This document shows, in pieces, positions 19,256-29,977 of a DNA stretch of 64,000 nt (its first letter is position 1; the number at the start of each line of letters is the position of its first letter). Source of the DNA: Candidatus Kapaibacterium sp. GTDB taxonomy: Bacteria > Bacteroidota > Ignavibacteria > Kapaibacteriales > UBA2268. A program made the position numbers and the translations under genes. The stretch spans positions 2,624,001 through 2,688,000 of the forward strand of contig OY761611.1 of NCBI GenBank assembly GCA_963664875.1. Reading direction: 5' to 3'. The notes beneath the pieces are model-generated. The model was not told the DNA's origin. It saw only the letters and a list, made by a program, of their open reading frames with translations, and searched no databases.

Positions 19256-19900
19256 CTACATTATGCCTTTGGCAATGTCAATGATTATAGGTTTTAGTCC
19301 GCTAAAGAAAAACTCTACGGCAATTACCATAACTATTAACCCCATAAGTCGCATCATTACCTTATTGCCTGTATCTCCAAGCAGTCTTATGATAGTTGAA
19401 GATCCCCATAAAATTAAATATGTAAGCAAGCACACTGCAAATATAACTCCAAATAGCACTGCCTTCATTTCGTAATTAACTGCATCCTGCATCAACACTA
19501 TAGAGTTTGTAATTGCACCTGGACCTGCTATCATCGGTATTGCTAAAGGTGTTACAGAAATGTCGTCAATATACTCACGCACCTCGCTTTTTTGGAGTTT
19601 GACTCTTGTAAGCTGTGCCTGAAGCATATCTTTGCCCATGATGAAGAAAATAATGCCACCGACTATTCGAAAACTGTTTACGGAAATCCCAAAAAGATTG
19701 AACATAAGCTGTCCGCTAAGAGCAAAACCGATTAGCGAAAAAAATGCTACAATTAAGGCTTTCTGAGCTGTCCTGCGTCTCTGTCTGTCCGTAAGACTAG
19801 AAGTCATAGTCATAAAAACAGGCATGACACCTAATGGGTTGATAAGAGTAAAGTAAGAAGTAAAGCTTAAAACAGCAAAAGTAATCGGATCGTTGTGCAT
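19256..19900 (-). CDS. MarC family integral membrane protein
   Basis: INPLGVMPVF, FRIVGGII, PLAIPMIAGPGAIT, RLMGLIVMVIAVEFF. Start taken at MHNDP. Confidence 0.93.
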   Translation of the reverse strand: MHNDPITFAVLSFTSYFTLINPLGVMPVFMTMTSSLTDRQRRRTAQKALIVAFFSLIGFALSGQLMFNLFGISVNSFRIVGGIIFFIMGKDMLQAQLTRVKLQKSEVREYIDDISVTPLAIPMIAGPGAITNSIVLMQDAVNYEMKAVLFGVIFAVCLLTYLILWGSSTIIRLLGDTGNKVMMRLMGLIVMVIAVEFFFSGLKPIIIDIAKGIM

Positions 19901-20005
19901 TTTTTCTGCCTTATGATAAACTGCTTTTTGAAACGGATACAAATAAAATACAAATAGATGTCTTTTTAAGCATAAGATTTTATAATGTCAGAGATTTAAT
20001 CTTTA

Positions 20006-21064
20006 TTATATTCCGAGATATTGTCTGACAACTGTCTTTATGCCGTCCACTAATTCGATTTTATGAGTCCATCCGAGCAGCTTTGCTTTGCTTACATCTA
20101 ATAGCTTTCTTGGTGTACCGTCCGGTTTCGATTTGTCAAAAAGTATGTCTCCATCGTATCCGATAATATTTTTTATAAGATAGGCAAGGTCTCTGATAGT
20201 AATTTCTTTTCCTGAGCCAATGTTAACAAAATCTCTGATTGAGCTGAAAGAATGATTTTCCATAAAATATATCGCAGCATCTGCAAGGTCGTCGGTATGC
20301 AAAAATTCTCGCAATGCTTTGCCCGTACCCCAAAGAGTAAGAGTGCTGTCTGTAATTCCAATATCTGACAGTATTCTATTAATCGATTGTTCTTGCTCCT
20401 TAGCTGAGCTGATTTCAAATCCCGGAGTATTTTTTTTAAAGTCAGAAATTATGGAGCTGTATTGCCCCTCCATCAGCCATTTGGCAAGAAGCATCTTTCT
20501 AATGATTGCAGGCAAAACGTGCGAAGTCTCCAAGTTATAATTATCGCCTGTGCCATAAAGATTAGTAGGCATTAGCGAAATAAAGTCCGTGCCGTACTGG
20601 AAGTTATAAGATTTGCAAAGTTCAATGGCTGCTATTTTGGCAATTGCATAAGGTTGGTTAGTAGGTTCCAAATCACTGGTCAATAAATACTCCTCTTTGA
20701 TGGGCTGAGGAGCAAATTTCGGATAAATACAAGAGGAGCCAAGATTGAGCACTTTTTTTACTTTGTAAAGATAAGATGCATGTATAAGATTAGCCGCTAT
20801 CATAAGATTATCATATATAAAATCAGCTTTATACGTTTTATTTGCCATGATGCCACCAACTTTAGCAGCTGCAATAAATACATAATCCGGCTTTTGATCT
20901 TCGAAGAACCTATGCACCTCGCTTTGATTCCTCAAATCACAGATATCTTTTCCGACAGTTATAATGTTGTCATAGCCCGCAGTTTCTAATTTTCGGACAA
21001 TAGCTGAACCAACCATCCCTCTGTCGCCTGCGACAAATATTCTTGCATTTTTATCAGATTTCAT
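20006..21064 (-). CDS. fcl: GDP-L-fucose synthase
   Basis: [45 protein letters not shown]. Confidence 0.96.
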   Translation of the reverse strand: MKSDKNARIFVAGDRGMVGSAIVRKLETAGYDNIITVGKDICDLRNQSEVHRFFEDQKPDYVFIAAAKVGGIMANKTYKADFIYDNLMIAANLIHASYLYKVKKVLNLGSSCIYPKFAPQPIKEEYLLTSDLEPTNQPYAIAKIAAIELCKSYNFQYGTDFISLMPTNLYGTGDNYNLETSHVLPAIIRKMLLAKWLMEGQYSSIISDFKKNTPGFEISSAKEQEQSINRILSDIGITDSTLTLWGTGKALREFLHTDDLADAAIYFMENHSFSSIRDFVNIGSGKEITIRDLAYLIKNIIGYDGDILFDKSKPDGTPRKLLDVSKAKLLGWTHKIELVDGIKTVVRQYLGI

Positions 21065-22202
21065 TTTGTATATTCATAAGATTGTTAAACTCGTGTTTTG
21101 TCCAACCAAATCCTTTTGCAATTATTGACTTAGTGCCTGTAAAAGGTGGTTTGATTCCTGCTTGTATCATATCATAATCCAACATATTACCTACAAGCTC
21201 AGCAAATGAAACTTTAGGATTCCAACTAAGTGCTTGCCTTGCTTTAGAATTATCAGCAAGAAGGAAATCTACTTCAGTTGGTCTGAAATATTTAGGATCT
21301 ATTTCGATAACAATCTGACCTTTTTTCAAAATAGAACTGTATTTACCTGGATTGTTTATTATACCTTTTTCTTCAATTCCTTTGCCCTGCCATTCGATTT
21401 CGATTCCTGTGTAGGCAAAGGCAGCGACAATAAAATCTTTCACTGAGTGACTTTCGCCCATTCCTATAACAAAGTCATCAGCTTTTTCCATGTTTAAAAT
21501 CTGCCACATTAGCTCGACATACTCCGGTGCAAATCCCCAGTCTCGTTTAGCTTCAAGATTGCCGAGATAAAGTGTTTTCTGCTTGCCTGCAAGTATATGT
21601 GCTATAGCTCTACTTATTTTCCTTGTTACAAAAGTCTCTCCTCTGCGAGGACTTTCGTGATTAAATAAAATGCCGTTTGATGCAAAAATGCCATAAGCTT
21701 CGCGGTAGTTTTTAGTCATCCAATAAGAATATAATTTCGCTATTGCATAAGGGCTTTGAGGTTCAAATGCAGTAAGCTCCGATTGCGGGGGTTTAGCAGC
21801 TCCGAACAACTCGGAAGTAGATGCCTGATAGAACCTTATGTCCTTATTGCTTCTTCGAATAGCTTCGAGTATTCTTGTGGTTCCGAGTCCTGTGATGTCT
21901 CCGGTGTATTCAGGCATATCGAAAGACACACGCACATGCGACTGAGCTCCCAGATGGTATATTTCGTCAGGAGTGATGGTATAAATCAATTCAGTTATAA
22001 TCCCCGGATCCGATAAATCACCATAGTGAAGTTTTAACTTTGGATTATTGTGCGGGTCTTCGTAAATATGATCTATTCTATGAGTATTGAAAGTACTTGC
22101 TCGCCTGATTATTCCATGTACCTCGTAGCCTTTCGCCAGTAAAAACTCAGCAAGATATGAACCATCCTGCCCGGTTATACCTGTAATTAGAGCCTTTTTC
22201 AC
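21054..22202 (-). CDS. gmd: GDP-mannose 4,6-dehydratase
   Basis: [54 protein letters not shown]. Confidence 0.98.
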   Translation of the reverse strand: MKKALITGITGQDGSYLAEFLLAKGYEVHGIIRRASTFNTHRIDHIYEDPHNNPKLKLHYGDLSDPGIITELIYTITPDEIYHLGAQSHVRVSFDMPEYTGDITGLGTTRILEAIRRSNKDIRFYQASTSELFGAAKPPQSELTAFEPQSPYAIAKLYSYWMTKNYREAYGIFASNGILFNHESPRRGETFVTRKISRAIAHILAGKQKTLYLGNLEAKRDWGFAPEYVELMWQILNMEKADDFVIGMGESHSVKDFIVAAFAYTGIEIEWQGKGIEEKGIINNPGKYSSILKKGQIVIEIDPKYFRPTEVDFLLADNSKARQALSWNPKVSFAELVGNMLDYDMIQAGIKPPFTGTKSIIAKGFGWTKHEFNNLMNIQNEI

Positions 22203-22819
22203 AGTACGCCTCCTGTAAGCTCATTAATGAAATATGGAAGAGAGCCCGGTTCTAGGATAATGGTTAGAACAACTCCTGCAATAGCCCCCCAATAGTGAGC
22301 ATCGTGATTGATCATGTCGTTAGAATTTTTTGCAGCCCAGCGACAATACCACAAATACCCAAAAGCAAAAATGATAGCGGGTATAGGTACTATAAAAAAT
22401 ATGTTGATAAGATTCCACGGACGGAAAAGAATGAAAGAAAACAAAATTGCGGAGATTGCACCGGATGCTCCGACAGCTCGGTAGTCATAGTTGTTTTTAT
22501 GCTTCATAGTTGTAGAAACATTAGCAATTACAACTGAGGCTATATAAATGATAAAGAGATTCAGTGAACCCAAAAAATATGCTTCCAAAAAAGGTGCAAA
22601 GAAAAACAAAGTCAGCATATTAAAAAGCAGGTGCATATGGTCAGCATGCAAGAAGCCACTTGTGAGCATTCTATACCATTCATTGTTACGGGTAACACTC
22701 ATTGGATGCAAGAGCCATTTATAGTATAAGTTGTGATTTTTGTGCATTGCATATAAGCTAATGGCTACTGTGATAAACAGCAGGCTAAAAGACACAGGAG
22801 CCTGGAAAAAATTGAGCAT
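22199..22819 (-). CDS. Rhomboid family intramembrane serine protease
   Basis: [23 protein letters not shown] (catalytic Ser), AHYWGA (catalytic His). Confidence 0.95.
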   Translation of the reverse strand: MLNFFQAPVSFSLLFITVAISLYAMHKNHNLYYKWLLHPMSVTRNNEWYRMLTSGFLHADHMHLLFNMLTLFFFAPFLEAYFLGSLNLFIIYIASVVIANVSTTMKHKNNYDYRAVGASGAISAILFSFILFRPWNLINIFFIVPIPAIIFAFGYLWYCRWAAKNSNDMINHDAHYWGAIAGVVLTIILEPGSLPYFINELTGGVL

Positions 22820-23289
22820 TTTATTTCCTCTTCTTAATTGGTTTGATTAGATTGATGATTGCTACATATAGCCGTTCAATTATGAAATTCAATCAAAAAC
22901 AGTAACGAATATACCAACAAAAAAAGTATCATTTATTTTGAATGTAAATGAATAGTTGTATCGGAATACTTCGAGGCTGCAATCACAGCTCTACCCAAAA
23001 ACTCTTAATTTGTTGCTAAATAGAATATAGTTAAAAATTTAAAAGTAGTCAAATAATGTTTATCCCTAATGCCGACAAGCTCTAACAGGTCGATTATTAA
23101 AATGGATTTACAAAAAGGCGAATCGAGATGTTTTCAGTCTCATATCTTCGTTAAGTATTAACATTAGTATTAAAATATCTTTAAATTTAGTAATAGTTTG
23201 GTGGATTGCCTACAATATTCTAATTTAAAGACTTAGAGCAATGAGATTTTGAATGATTATATTAAATATATTTGGATTGGGAGTCAAAA

Positions 23290-24477
23290 ATGCACGACGT
23301 AAGAAACGCCAAAGTCTTTACTCAATGTGTTCACGCAGGTACTAAACAAACACCTGAAGGTGCAGTAGTAACACCTATTTATCAGACATCAACTTTTCGT
23401 TTTCAAAATGCAGACCACGGAGCTCGCTTGTTTAAAGGCGAAGAAGAAGGTTATATCTATACAAGAATGAGAAACCCGACTGTTGAAGCTATGGAAGATG
23501 CAGTTGCTATCCTCGAAGGCGGCTACAAAGCATTAGGAGTAGCTACAGGTATGGCAGCTTCGCACACTATCTTCTCTGCAGTGCTTAAGGCAGGCGACCA
23601 TGTAGTATGTAGCAATGCTGTTTATGGACCGACTTCTACATTGCTTTTGAATATTTTCTCAAAATTTGGTGTAGAAACAACTTTCGTAAATACTACAGAG
23701 TTAGATGAAGTAAAATCTGCTATGAAAGACAATACAGTATTGGTTTTCGTAGAAACTCCTGCAAATCCGACCATGTGCATTTCTGATCTTGCTGCAATTG
23801 CAGATATTGCTCACGCTCAAGGTGCTAAACTTGCAGTAGATAACACTTTCATGAGCCCAATAATGCAGTCTCCTTTTGAATTAGGTGCTGACTACATTAT
23901 GCACTCAATGACAAAATCTTTGAATGGTCACGCTGACGTAGTTGCAGGTGTTGTTATCGTTAAAAACGAAGAAGACTATGCTCACTTCAGAAAAACATTA
24001 AACCACACAGGCGGAACTATCGATCCTTTCAATGCTTTCTTGGTACACAGAGGTATCAAAACATTGAAATTGAGAGTAGAAAAGCAAGCTGAAAACGCTC
24101 AGAAAGTTGCTGAATTTTTAGAAAATCATCCAAAAGTTGCTTGGGTAAGATACCCTGGTTTGCCTTCTCATAAGCAGCACGAATTAGCTAAAAAGCAAAT
24201 GAAGGGCTTTGGTTGCCTTATGTCATTTGAACTTAAAGGCGGCTTGGAAGCAGGCAAAACAATGATGGATAACGTAGATATCTATCAGTTAGCAGTTTCT
24301 TTGGGCGGTATCGAATCATTGATTCAACATCCTGCATCAATGACTCACGCCGGAATGACTAAAGAAAACAGAGAAAAGGCACACATCACAGATGGCTTGG
24401 TAAGAATTTCCTGCGGTTTGGAAGATGTGGAAGATCAAATTGAAGGCTTGAAAAAAGGCTTGGACATGATTAAGTAA
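23290..24477 (+). CDS. PLP-dependent trans-sulfuration enzyme (methionine gamma-lyase/cystathionine gamma-lyase family)
   Basis: PIYQTSTF, YTRMRNPT, ETPANPT, DNTF, HSMTKSLNGH (PLP Lys), AVSLGGIESLIQHPASMTH. Confidence 0.92.
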   Translation: MHDVRNAKVFTQCVHAGTKQTPEGAVVTPIYQTSTFRFQNADHGARLFKGEEEGYIYTRMRNPTVEAMEDAVAILEGGYKALGVATGMAASHTIFSAVLKAGDHVVCSNAVYGPTSTLLLNIFSKFGVETTFVNTTELDEVKSAMKDNTVLVFVETPANPTMCISDLAAIADIAHAQGAKLAVDNTFMSPIMQSPFELGADYIMHSMTKSLNGHADVVAGVVIVKNEEDYAHFRKTLNHTGGTIDPFNAFLVHRGIKTLKLRVEKQAENAQKVAEFLENHPKVAWVRYPGLPSHKQHELAKKQMKGFGCLMSFELKGGLEAGKTMMDNVDIYQLAVSLGGIESLIQHPASMTHAGMTKENREKAHITDGLVRISCGLEDVEDQIEGLKKGLDMIK

Positions 24478-24500
24478 GCTTATCATAATCTTATTTATAC

Positions 24501-24589
24501 AAAAGCTGCCCTTGATGACAAGTGCAGCTTTTTTTATGGCTTTCCCGACTAAAAAAAGCGGAGGTATCGATGAAATACTTCCGCTTTTT
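24501..24589. terminator. Pair of terminator hairpins between convergent genes
   Basis: AAAAGCTGC/GCAGCTTTT (24501-24535) and AAAAAGCGGA/TCCGCTTTTT (24551-24589). Confidence 0.75.
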
Positions 24590-24609
24590 AAGATAAATCA
24601 AAAAGTTGA

Positions 24610-25800
24610 TTAAATCAAGCCGAGCTCAGTTCCAACTTTTTTGAAGACTTCGAGCATTTTGTCAAGATGATGTCTTTCGTGAGACGCCATGTAACTTGTA
24701 CGCATCATGCTCATGTGTGGTGGAACTCCCGGAGGAATAAATGCGTTAACAAAAACGCCGTTATCAAAGAGTTTACGCCACATCATAAATGCTATATCTA
24801 CTTCACCCACAATTACGGGCACGATACCTGTCTGACCGCCGAGGACTTTGAAACCTAAACCGCCTAACTCTTTTCGCATATATTCAGCATTATTTACCAA
24901 TTGGTTTACAAGCTCAGGGTGCTCTTCTAAAATATCAAGTGCTGCTAATGTAGCTGCACATGATGCAGGAGTTGGGCTCGCACTAAAAATGATAGCTGGA
25001 GAAGTATGCTTAAGGAAGTTAATCACTCTTTCCGGACCGGCAACATAGCCACCCAATGAAGCAAACGTTTTAGAGAAAGTACCCATAGTCATATCTGTCT
25101 CTGTCACCAAATCGTAATGGCTTGGAGTACCTCTGCCACCTTTACCAATCACGCCAACAGAGTGTGCATCGTCTATTAGCACTCTTGCTCCGTATTTATG
25201 CGCTACTTTTAGCAAGTCGGGAAGGTTTACTATTTCGCCTGTAACAGAAAAGACACCGTCGGAAACTATAAATTTGCCGGCATCTTCAGGCAATTTAGAA
25301 ATTACTCTTTCCAAATCTTCCATGTCATTGTGTTTGTATCTCACAAATTCTGTGAAGGCACCTTTTGCCATCATAGCACCGCTCACTATACATGCATGAT
25401 TTTCTTTGTCAGAGATAATATAATCACCACGTTGAGCAATCGTAGAAATAACACCCAGAGCAGTCTGATAGCCTGTGCTATAAAGCAATACAGCTTCTAC
25501 TCCGAGAAATTTCGCAAGTCTTTCTTCCAATTCGATGTGCAAATCTAAAGTACCAGTCAGGTAGCGTGAACCTGAACAGCCTGTACCGTATTTTTCAACA
25601 GCACGGTTTGCAGCATCTTTTACTTTAGGATGAGCAGTAAGACCAAGATAATTGTTCGAACCACCCATTATAATTTTTTTACCACCAATCGTTACTTCCG
25701 GTCCTTCATTTTCCTGAATAGGATGGAAATATGGGTAGAGCCCAGATTTTTTTACTTCGTCGGCACGTGTGAAGTCATAACACTTTTGGAATACGTCCAC
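24610..25800 (-). CDS. Alpha-oxoamine synthase, probable serine palmitoyltransferase
   Basis: [36 protein letters not shown]. The N-terminus [14 protein letters not shown] resembles Bacteroidota Spt more than Kbl/BioF. Confidence 0.75.
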   Translation of the reverse strand: MDVFQKCYDFTRADEVKKSGLYPYFHPIQENEGPEVTIGGKKIIMGGSNNYLGLTAHPKVKDAANRAVEKYGTGCSGSRYLTGTLDLHIELEERLAKFLGVEAVLLYSTGYQTALGVISTIAQRGDYIISDKENHACIVSGAMMAKGAFTEFVRYKHNDMEDLERVISKLPEDAGKFIVSDGVFSVTGEIVNLPDLLKVAHKYGARVLIDDAHSVGVIGKGGRGTPSHYDLVTETDMTMGTFSKTFASLGGYVAGPERVINFLKHTSPAIIFSASPTPASCAATLAALDILEEHPELVNQLVNNAEYMRKELGGLGFKVLGGQTGIVPVIVGEVDIAFMMWRKLFDNGVFVNAFIPPGVPPHMSMMRTSYMASHERHHLDKMLEVFKKVGTELGLI

Positions 25801-26034
25801 TAATCACCCCATATATTGTCAATTTAAAATAAATTTCTTGTGTAGATTGCCAAAGGATACAAAGATAAAATACAAAGTATTAATAAAAAACAAAAATTAT
25901 TCTCACAAAAGCGTTTTTTAGGTACGCTTTTGGATATAGTTCAAATACTATCGACAAAATTCTTTCGTTAAGTATTTAGATAGAATGATAGATACGAAAT
26001 AAATTGCTTTCTGTTGCAAAAGGGGAATTAGGGT

Positions 26035-27846
26035 ATGCAGAGGCTATTATTATCATTGTGGCTAATTTTGTTTCTTAGCCTTGATCTTTATTCGTCACAA
26101 GTGGATAAATATTTTCTTTTGGAAGATGTAACTGAAGAAAATATTGACGATTTTTACGCTTTTATCGAAGCAAAGGCACCTCATGAAGATGCTTTTGTTG
26201 CTCTTCAGCGTATTGCAGGACCGTACATAAAGGCGAAAGACTGGAAGTCTGCAATAGACATTTTTGAGGAATACAAATCCAAATTTCCTCAGAAAGTTGA
26301 AGCAATTAATGAGATAATTTCAATATTAAAGGCTGAGACTGAAGGTCTGACAGAAAAAAATCTGGGTGAAGTAATCAATACTTCTGCCTCAGAGTACACG
26401 CCTATACTCAGAGCTGATATGTCCCAAATTTACTTCTCCTCTTTTAACCGAGGTACGAATGAGAAGCATGAAGATATTTATGTGGCGGACTATTCAGAAT
26501 CTGAGGGCTGGCATTCTGTACGTAAGTTAAAAGGCAAAATAAATACTCCGAGAAATGAAGCGGCTCAATCCTTGACAGTAGATAGCAGAAGAATGTATGT
26601 TTATGGCAACTTCGAAGATGCCCTCGGTAGAGGAGATTTGTATGAGTTCACTTGGGATGACAGCATTTGGACTAACAGACGCCACTTGCCATCTCCAATC
26701 AATACACAACTCTACGAAGGCGACGCAAATATTTCTACTAACGGAGATGTGCTCTTTTTTGTGTCAGAGCGTCCAGGAGGCGTAGGACTGACTCAATGGG
26801 TACAGGGAGAGCCGTTCCATGGCTCAACTTTTGGCAACACAGATATTTACATCTCTATAAAATCAGATACCGGTTGGAGTAAACCAATCAATCTGGGAAA
26901 AACAATAAATACACCCTATGCGGAAAGAAAACCACAACTGCATGCAGACGGAAAAACTCTTTATTTCTGTAGTGACGGACACCCCGGACTTGGCAGATTG
27001 GACATATTTATGTCAAAACGACTAAGGGATGATTCGTGGACAGAATGGAGCAAACCGGTAAATTTGGGAAAAGAATTGAATGGCCCGGGTCGAGATTGGG
27101 GTATGTATGTAACTCCAAAAGGAGATGAAGCATACTTTTCAGCGAGCGATAAATCCGTCAATTACGGCTTATCTGATATTTACAGTATCCAGCTACCGAT
27201 GTTTGCCCGACCGGAACCTGTGGTTGCTATACAAGGGAAAGTTATAGACCAGGAAGGTAATCCGCTTCAAGCTGAAATTATATGGGAAGATCTTGCTCAA
27301 AATCGAGAAATCAGCAAGATACAAAGTAGCTCAAAAGACGGCTCATTTTTCTTCATTTTGCCTACCGGTAAAATTTATGGGTATCATGCAGAAAAAGATG
27401 GTTACTATCCTATTTCTAAGAATCTGGATTTGAGTAAGACAAACAAGTATATAAAAATATCAGAGACTCTTACCATGGTGAATATTGATGATTTGCTTCA
27501 TGGTAGTGTCAGAATCAATAATATATTTTTTGAATACGACAAAGCTATACTAAAGCCGGAGTCTTTTCCTGAATTGAACAGGTTGGTCAAAATGCTGAAA
27601 GGAATTCCGGGTATCAAAGTTGAAATTAATGGGCACACCGATAACATTGGTTCGGCAGATTACAATATTGAATTATCCGAAAAACGGGCATTATCTGTTA
27701 TCAATTATCTTAAAGAAAATGGTTTGCAGGATATAGAATTCATAGCAAAGGGATATGGGAAAACTATTCCGGTTGCAACAAATGATACTGATGAAGGCAG
27801 AGCTTTAAATAGGAGGGTAGAATTTAGAATAATCAAACAAGAATAG
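26035..27846 (+). CDS. OmpA-family peptidoglycan-binding protein with PD40 repeats (PorE-like architecture)
   Basis: Repeats NLGEVINT, INLGKTINT, DGKTLYFCSDGHPGLG; carboxypeptidase-regulatory-like segment; OmpA_C motifs NIFFEYDK, GHTDNIGS, LNRRVEF. Confidence 0.9.
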   Translation: MQRLLLSLWLILFLSLDLYSSQVDKYFLLEDVTEENIDDFYAFIEAKAPHEDAFVALQRIAGPYIKAKDWKSAIDIFEEYKSKFPQKVEAINEIISILKAETEGLTEKNLGEVINTSASEYTPILRADMSQIYFSSFNRGTNEKHEDIYVADYSESEGWHSVRKLKGKINTPRNEAAQSLTVDSRRMYVYGNFEDALGRGDLYEFTWDDSIWTNRRHLPSPINTQLYEGDANISTNGDVLFFVSERPGGVGLTQWVQGEPFHGSTFGNTDIYISIKSDTGWSKPINLGKTINTPYAERKPQLHADGKTLYFCSDGHPGLGRLDIFMSKRLRDDSWTEWSKPVNLGKELNGPGRDWGMYVTPKGDEAYFSASDKSVNYGLSDIYSIQLPMFARPEPVVAIQGKVIDQEGNPLQAEIIWEDLAQNREISKIQSSSKDGSFFFILPTGKIYGYHAEKDGYYPISKNLDLSKTNKYIKISETLTMVNIDDLLHGSVRINNIFFEYDKAILKPESFPELNRLVKMLKGIPGIKVEINGHTDNIGSADYNIELSEKRALSVINYLKENGLQDIEFIAKGYGKTIPVATNDTDEGRALNRRVEFRIIKQE

Positions 27847-27919
27847 CTAAATATTGGTATTGTGTCATAAGCGATATTATCTATATATTGCAGAAAACAA
27901 CTAGAGTAAAAAGCCGGCT

Positions 27920-29977
27920 ATGAAAAAACTACTAAGTTCAATTTTTATATTGTTTGCCATTTGTACGGTTCAGTCTATAGCTAAAGTACAAGCTGATTCG
28001 CTGACCATAAGTAAAATTACAGAATATTGGCGGCAGGGTTCGATGTTTAGTGCAAAAGACATCGACTCATCAAGAATTTATTATCTAAAAGCCATCAATC
28101 TGAGTAAACAGTTTGACGACGAATTTTATCTGGCTTTTTCGCTTGCAAATTATGGCATATCCCTATCTTATTATGCAGAATACCAAGCTGCTCTTGATAC
28201 TCTAAAATTGGCTTATGTGCTTAGTCAAAAGACAGATTCTACTTATTTGAGCATATATGCCTTAACACAAATAGGTACAGTATATAAAGAAATGGGGCTT
28301 TTCGATAGTGCATTTATTTATTATAATGTAGCTGAAAAGGATTATGAAGCTCAGTTTTTGAATAATAAAGATACAGTTATGAGAAATCTGGGTGTTGCAG
28401 CAATCCTTTTTACAGATGTGGGACTAATGTTCCACAATATAGGATATTATGAAGAGGCTCTAAAATATTTTGATAAAGCTTTGAATTTAGGGATTGCACT
28501 CGACGACAAAAGAAGAGTTGCAGGCTCGTACATAAATATTGGGAATGTTTTTACTCAAGAAAAGTATAAAAATCATGCGAAGGCACTGGATTACTACAGA
28601 AAAGGACAGAAAATCTGCGAAGAGATAAATCATAAAAGGTATTTGGGAAATGTATTTGGCAATTATGTAAATATATTTGTCGAGATGGATCAATTGGACA
28701 GTGCCAATTATTATTACAAAAAAGCCAAAACTATCTTGGATGCACTTGACACAAAAGTGTCTTTAGCGATTTTGGCATCATCTTACTCCGATGTATTGAT
28801 GAAAGAAGGCAAAAGCAAAGAGCAGTTAGAACAGTTGCTCTATGGATACCAAATATCTAAAGAATACAATTTGAACAAAATGACAGCTGAATTTTCCAAA
28901 AAATTGTCAAATTACTATAATTCACACAAGCAATATGCCAATGCACAAATTTATCTAAACGAGTATGTAAACTTACAAGACAGTCTGTTTGACAGCAATC
29001 TCAATGATAGACTGATGCAAATAAGAATAAGCTCACTGCAGGAAAAAAAGCAAAACGAAATCCAACTGATAAATGCAGAAAAGGAGATACTTGCTGCACA
29101 AAAACGCACAAGCTATATAATCAATTTATCGCTTTCGCTTGGTTCGTTGATACTTATGTTAGCTGCCTTTTTTCTTTATAAAACAAATAAGAAAAAAACG
29201 GAATACAGTACTGAATTGGAAGCTAAAAATGAAGAATTGGATTTACTTATCAGAAGTCTTTCCGAATCAAGGATGGAACTCGAGAAGACAAATAAAGCTA
29301 AAGACAAGTTTTTCTCAATAATTGCTCATGATCTCAAGAATCCACTAAGCACTTTTATTACAGTTACAGATTTCCTCAAAGATGACTATAAGGATATGCC
29401 TGACGAAGAAAAGGTATCATTTATTGAAGATATGAACCATTCTGCAAAGTCCTTGTATAGCCTTTTGGAAAACTTGCTTTATTGGTCTCGCTCTCAAATG
29501 GGAGTTATAGACTTTCATCCGATGGATCTTGACATAAATTATCTCGTCCGTCAGAGCAAAGATGTTCTTTTTTTGCAGGCACAAAACAAAAATATCAGCA
29601 TAAACCTCGAGCTATCAGAACTTCGACCTGTGGCGGCAGATGCAAATATGCTCATGACTGTTGTAAGAAATTTAATGTCAAATGCTATAAAATTTACTCC
29701 TCTTGCAGGGAAAATTGAGGTAAAAACAGGATATTTTGAAAAATATGTTTATATTAGAGTAAAAGACTCCGGTGTGGGTATTCCTCAGGAAAAAATGAAA
29801 GAGCTGTTTGAACCGTCTAAGTTTGAATCTAACCCAGGCACTGCTAACGAAAAAGGTACAGGACTTGGTTTGGTGCTCTGCAATGAGTTTGTACAAAAAC
29901 ACAACGGAAGAATAGAAGTAGAAAGTCAAGTCATGGAAGGCTCAATTTTTACAGTTTTAATACCAATCGGTAGTTAA
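27920..29977 (+). CDS. TPR-containing sensor histidine kinase
   Basis: Signal peptide, periplasmic TPRs, TM helix, IIAHDLKNP (H box), NLMSNAIKFT, DSGVG, GTGLGL. Confidence 0.93.
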   Translation: MKKLLSSIFILFAICTVQSIAKVQADSLTISKITEYWRQGSMFSAKDIDSSRIYYLKAINLSKQFDDEFYLAFSLANYGISLSYYAEYQAALDTLKLAYVLSQKTDSTYLSIYALTQIGTVYKEMGLFDSAFIYYNVAEKDYEAQFLNNKDTVMRNLGVAAILFTDVGLMFHNIGYYEEALKYFDKALNLGIALDDKRRVAGSYINIGNVFTQEKYKNHAKALDYYRKGQKICEEINHKRYLGNVFGNYVNIFVEMDQLDSANYYYKKAKTILDALDTKVSLAILASSYSDVLMKEGKSKEQLEQLLYGYQISKEYNLNKMTAEFSKKLSNYYNSHKQYANAQIYLNEYVNLQDSLFDSNLNDRLMQIRISSLQEKKQNEIQLINAEKEILAAQKRTSYIINLSLSLGSLILMLAAFFLYKTNKKKTEYSTELEAKNEELDLLIRSLSESRMELEKTNKAKDKFFSIIAHDLKNPLSTFITVTDFLKDDYKDMPDEEKVSFIEDMNHSAKSLYSLLENLLYWSRSQMGVIDFHPMDLDINYLVRQSKDVLFLQAQNKNISINLELSELRPVAADANMLMTVVRNLMSNAIKFTPLAGKIEVKTGYFEKYVYIRVKDSGVGIPQEKMKELFEPSKFESNPGTANEKGTGLGLVLCNEFVQKHNGRIEVESQVMEGSIFTVLIPIGS

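Noticed and set aside
20330-20500. About 45-aa insertion in Fcl as a possible intein or novel domain
   Set aside because: No intein motifs; long-form Fcl proteins with a helical insertion here are familiar from Bacteroides and others.
22820-23289. SAM riboswitch upstream of the trans-sulfuration lyase
   Set aside because: No SAM-I (AUC..GAG...GCAACC) or SAM-II core could be found by eye.
25906-25931. Palindrome CAAAAGCGT/ACGCTTTTG between the divergent spt-like and OmpA genes
   Set aside because: Single occurrence and no way to distinguish operator, hairpin or chance; not enough to call.
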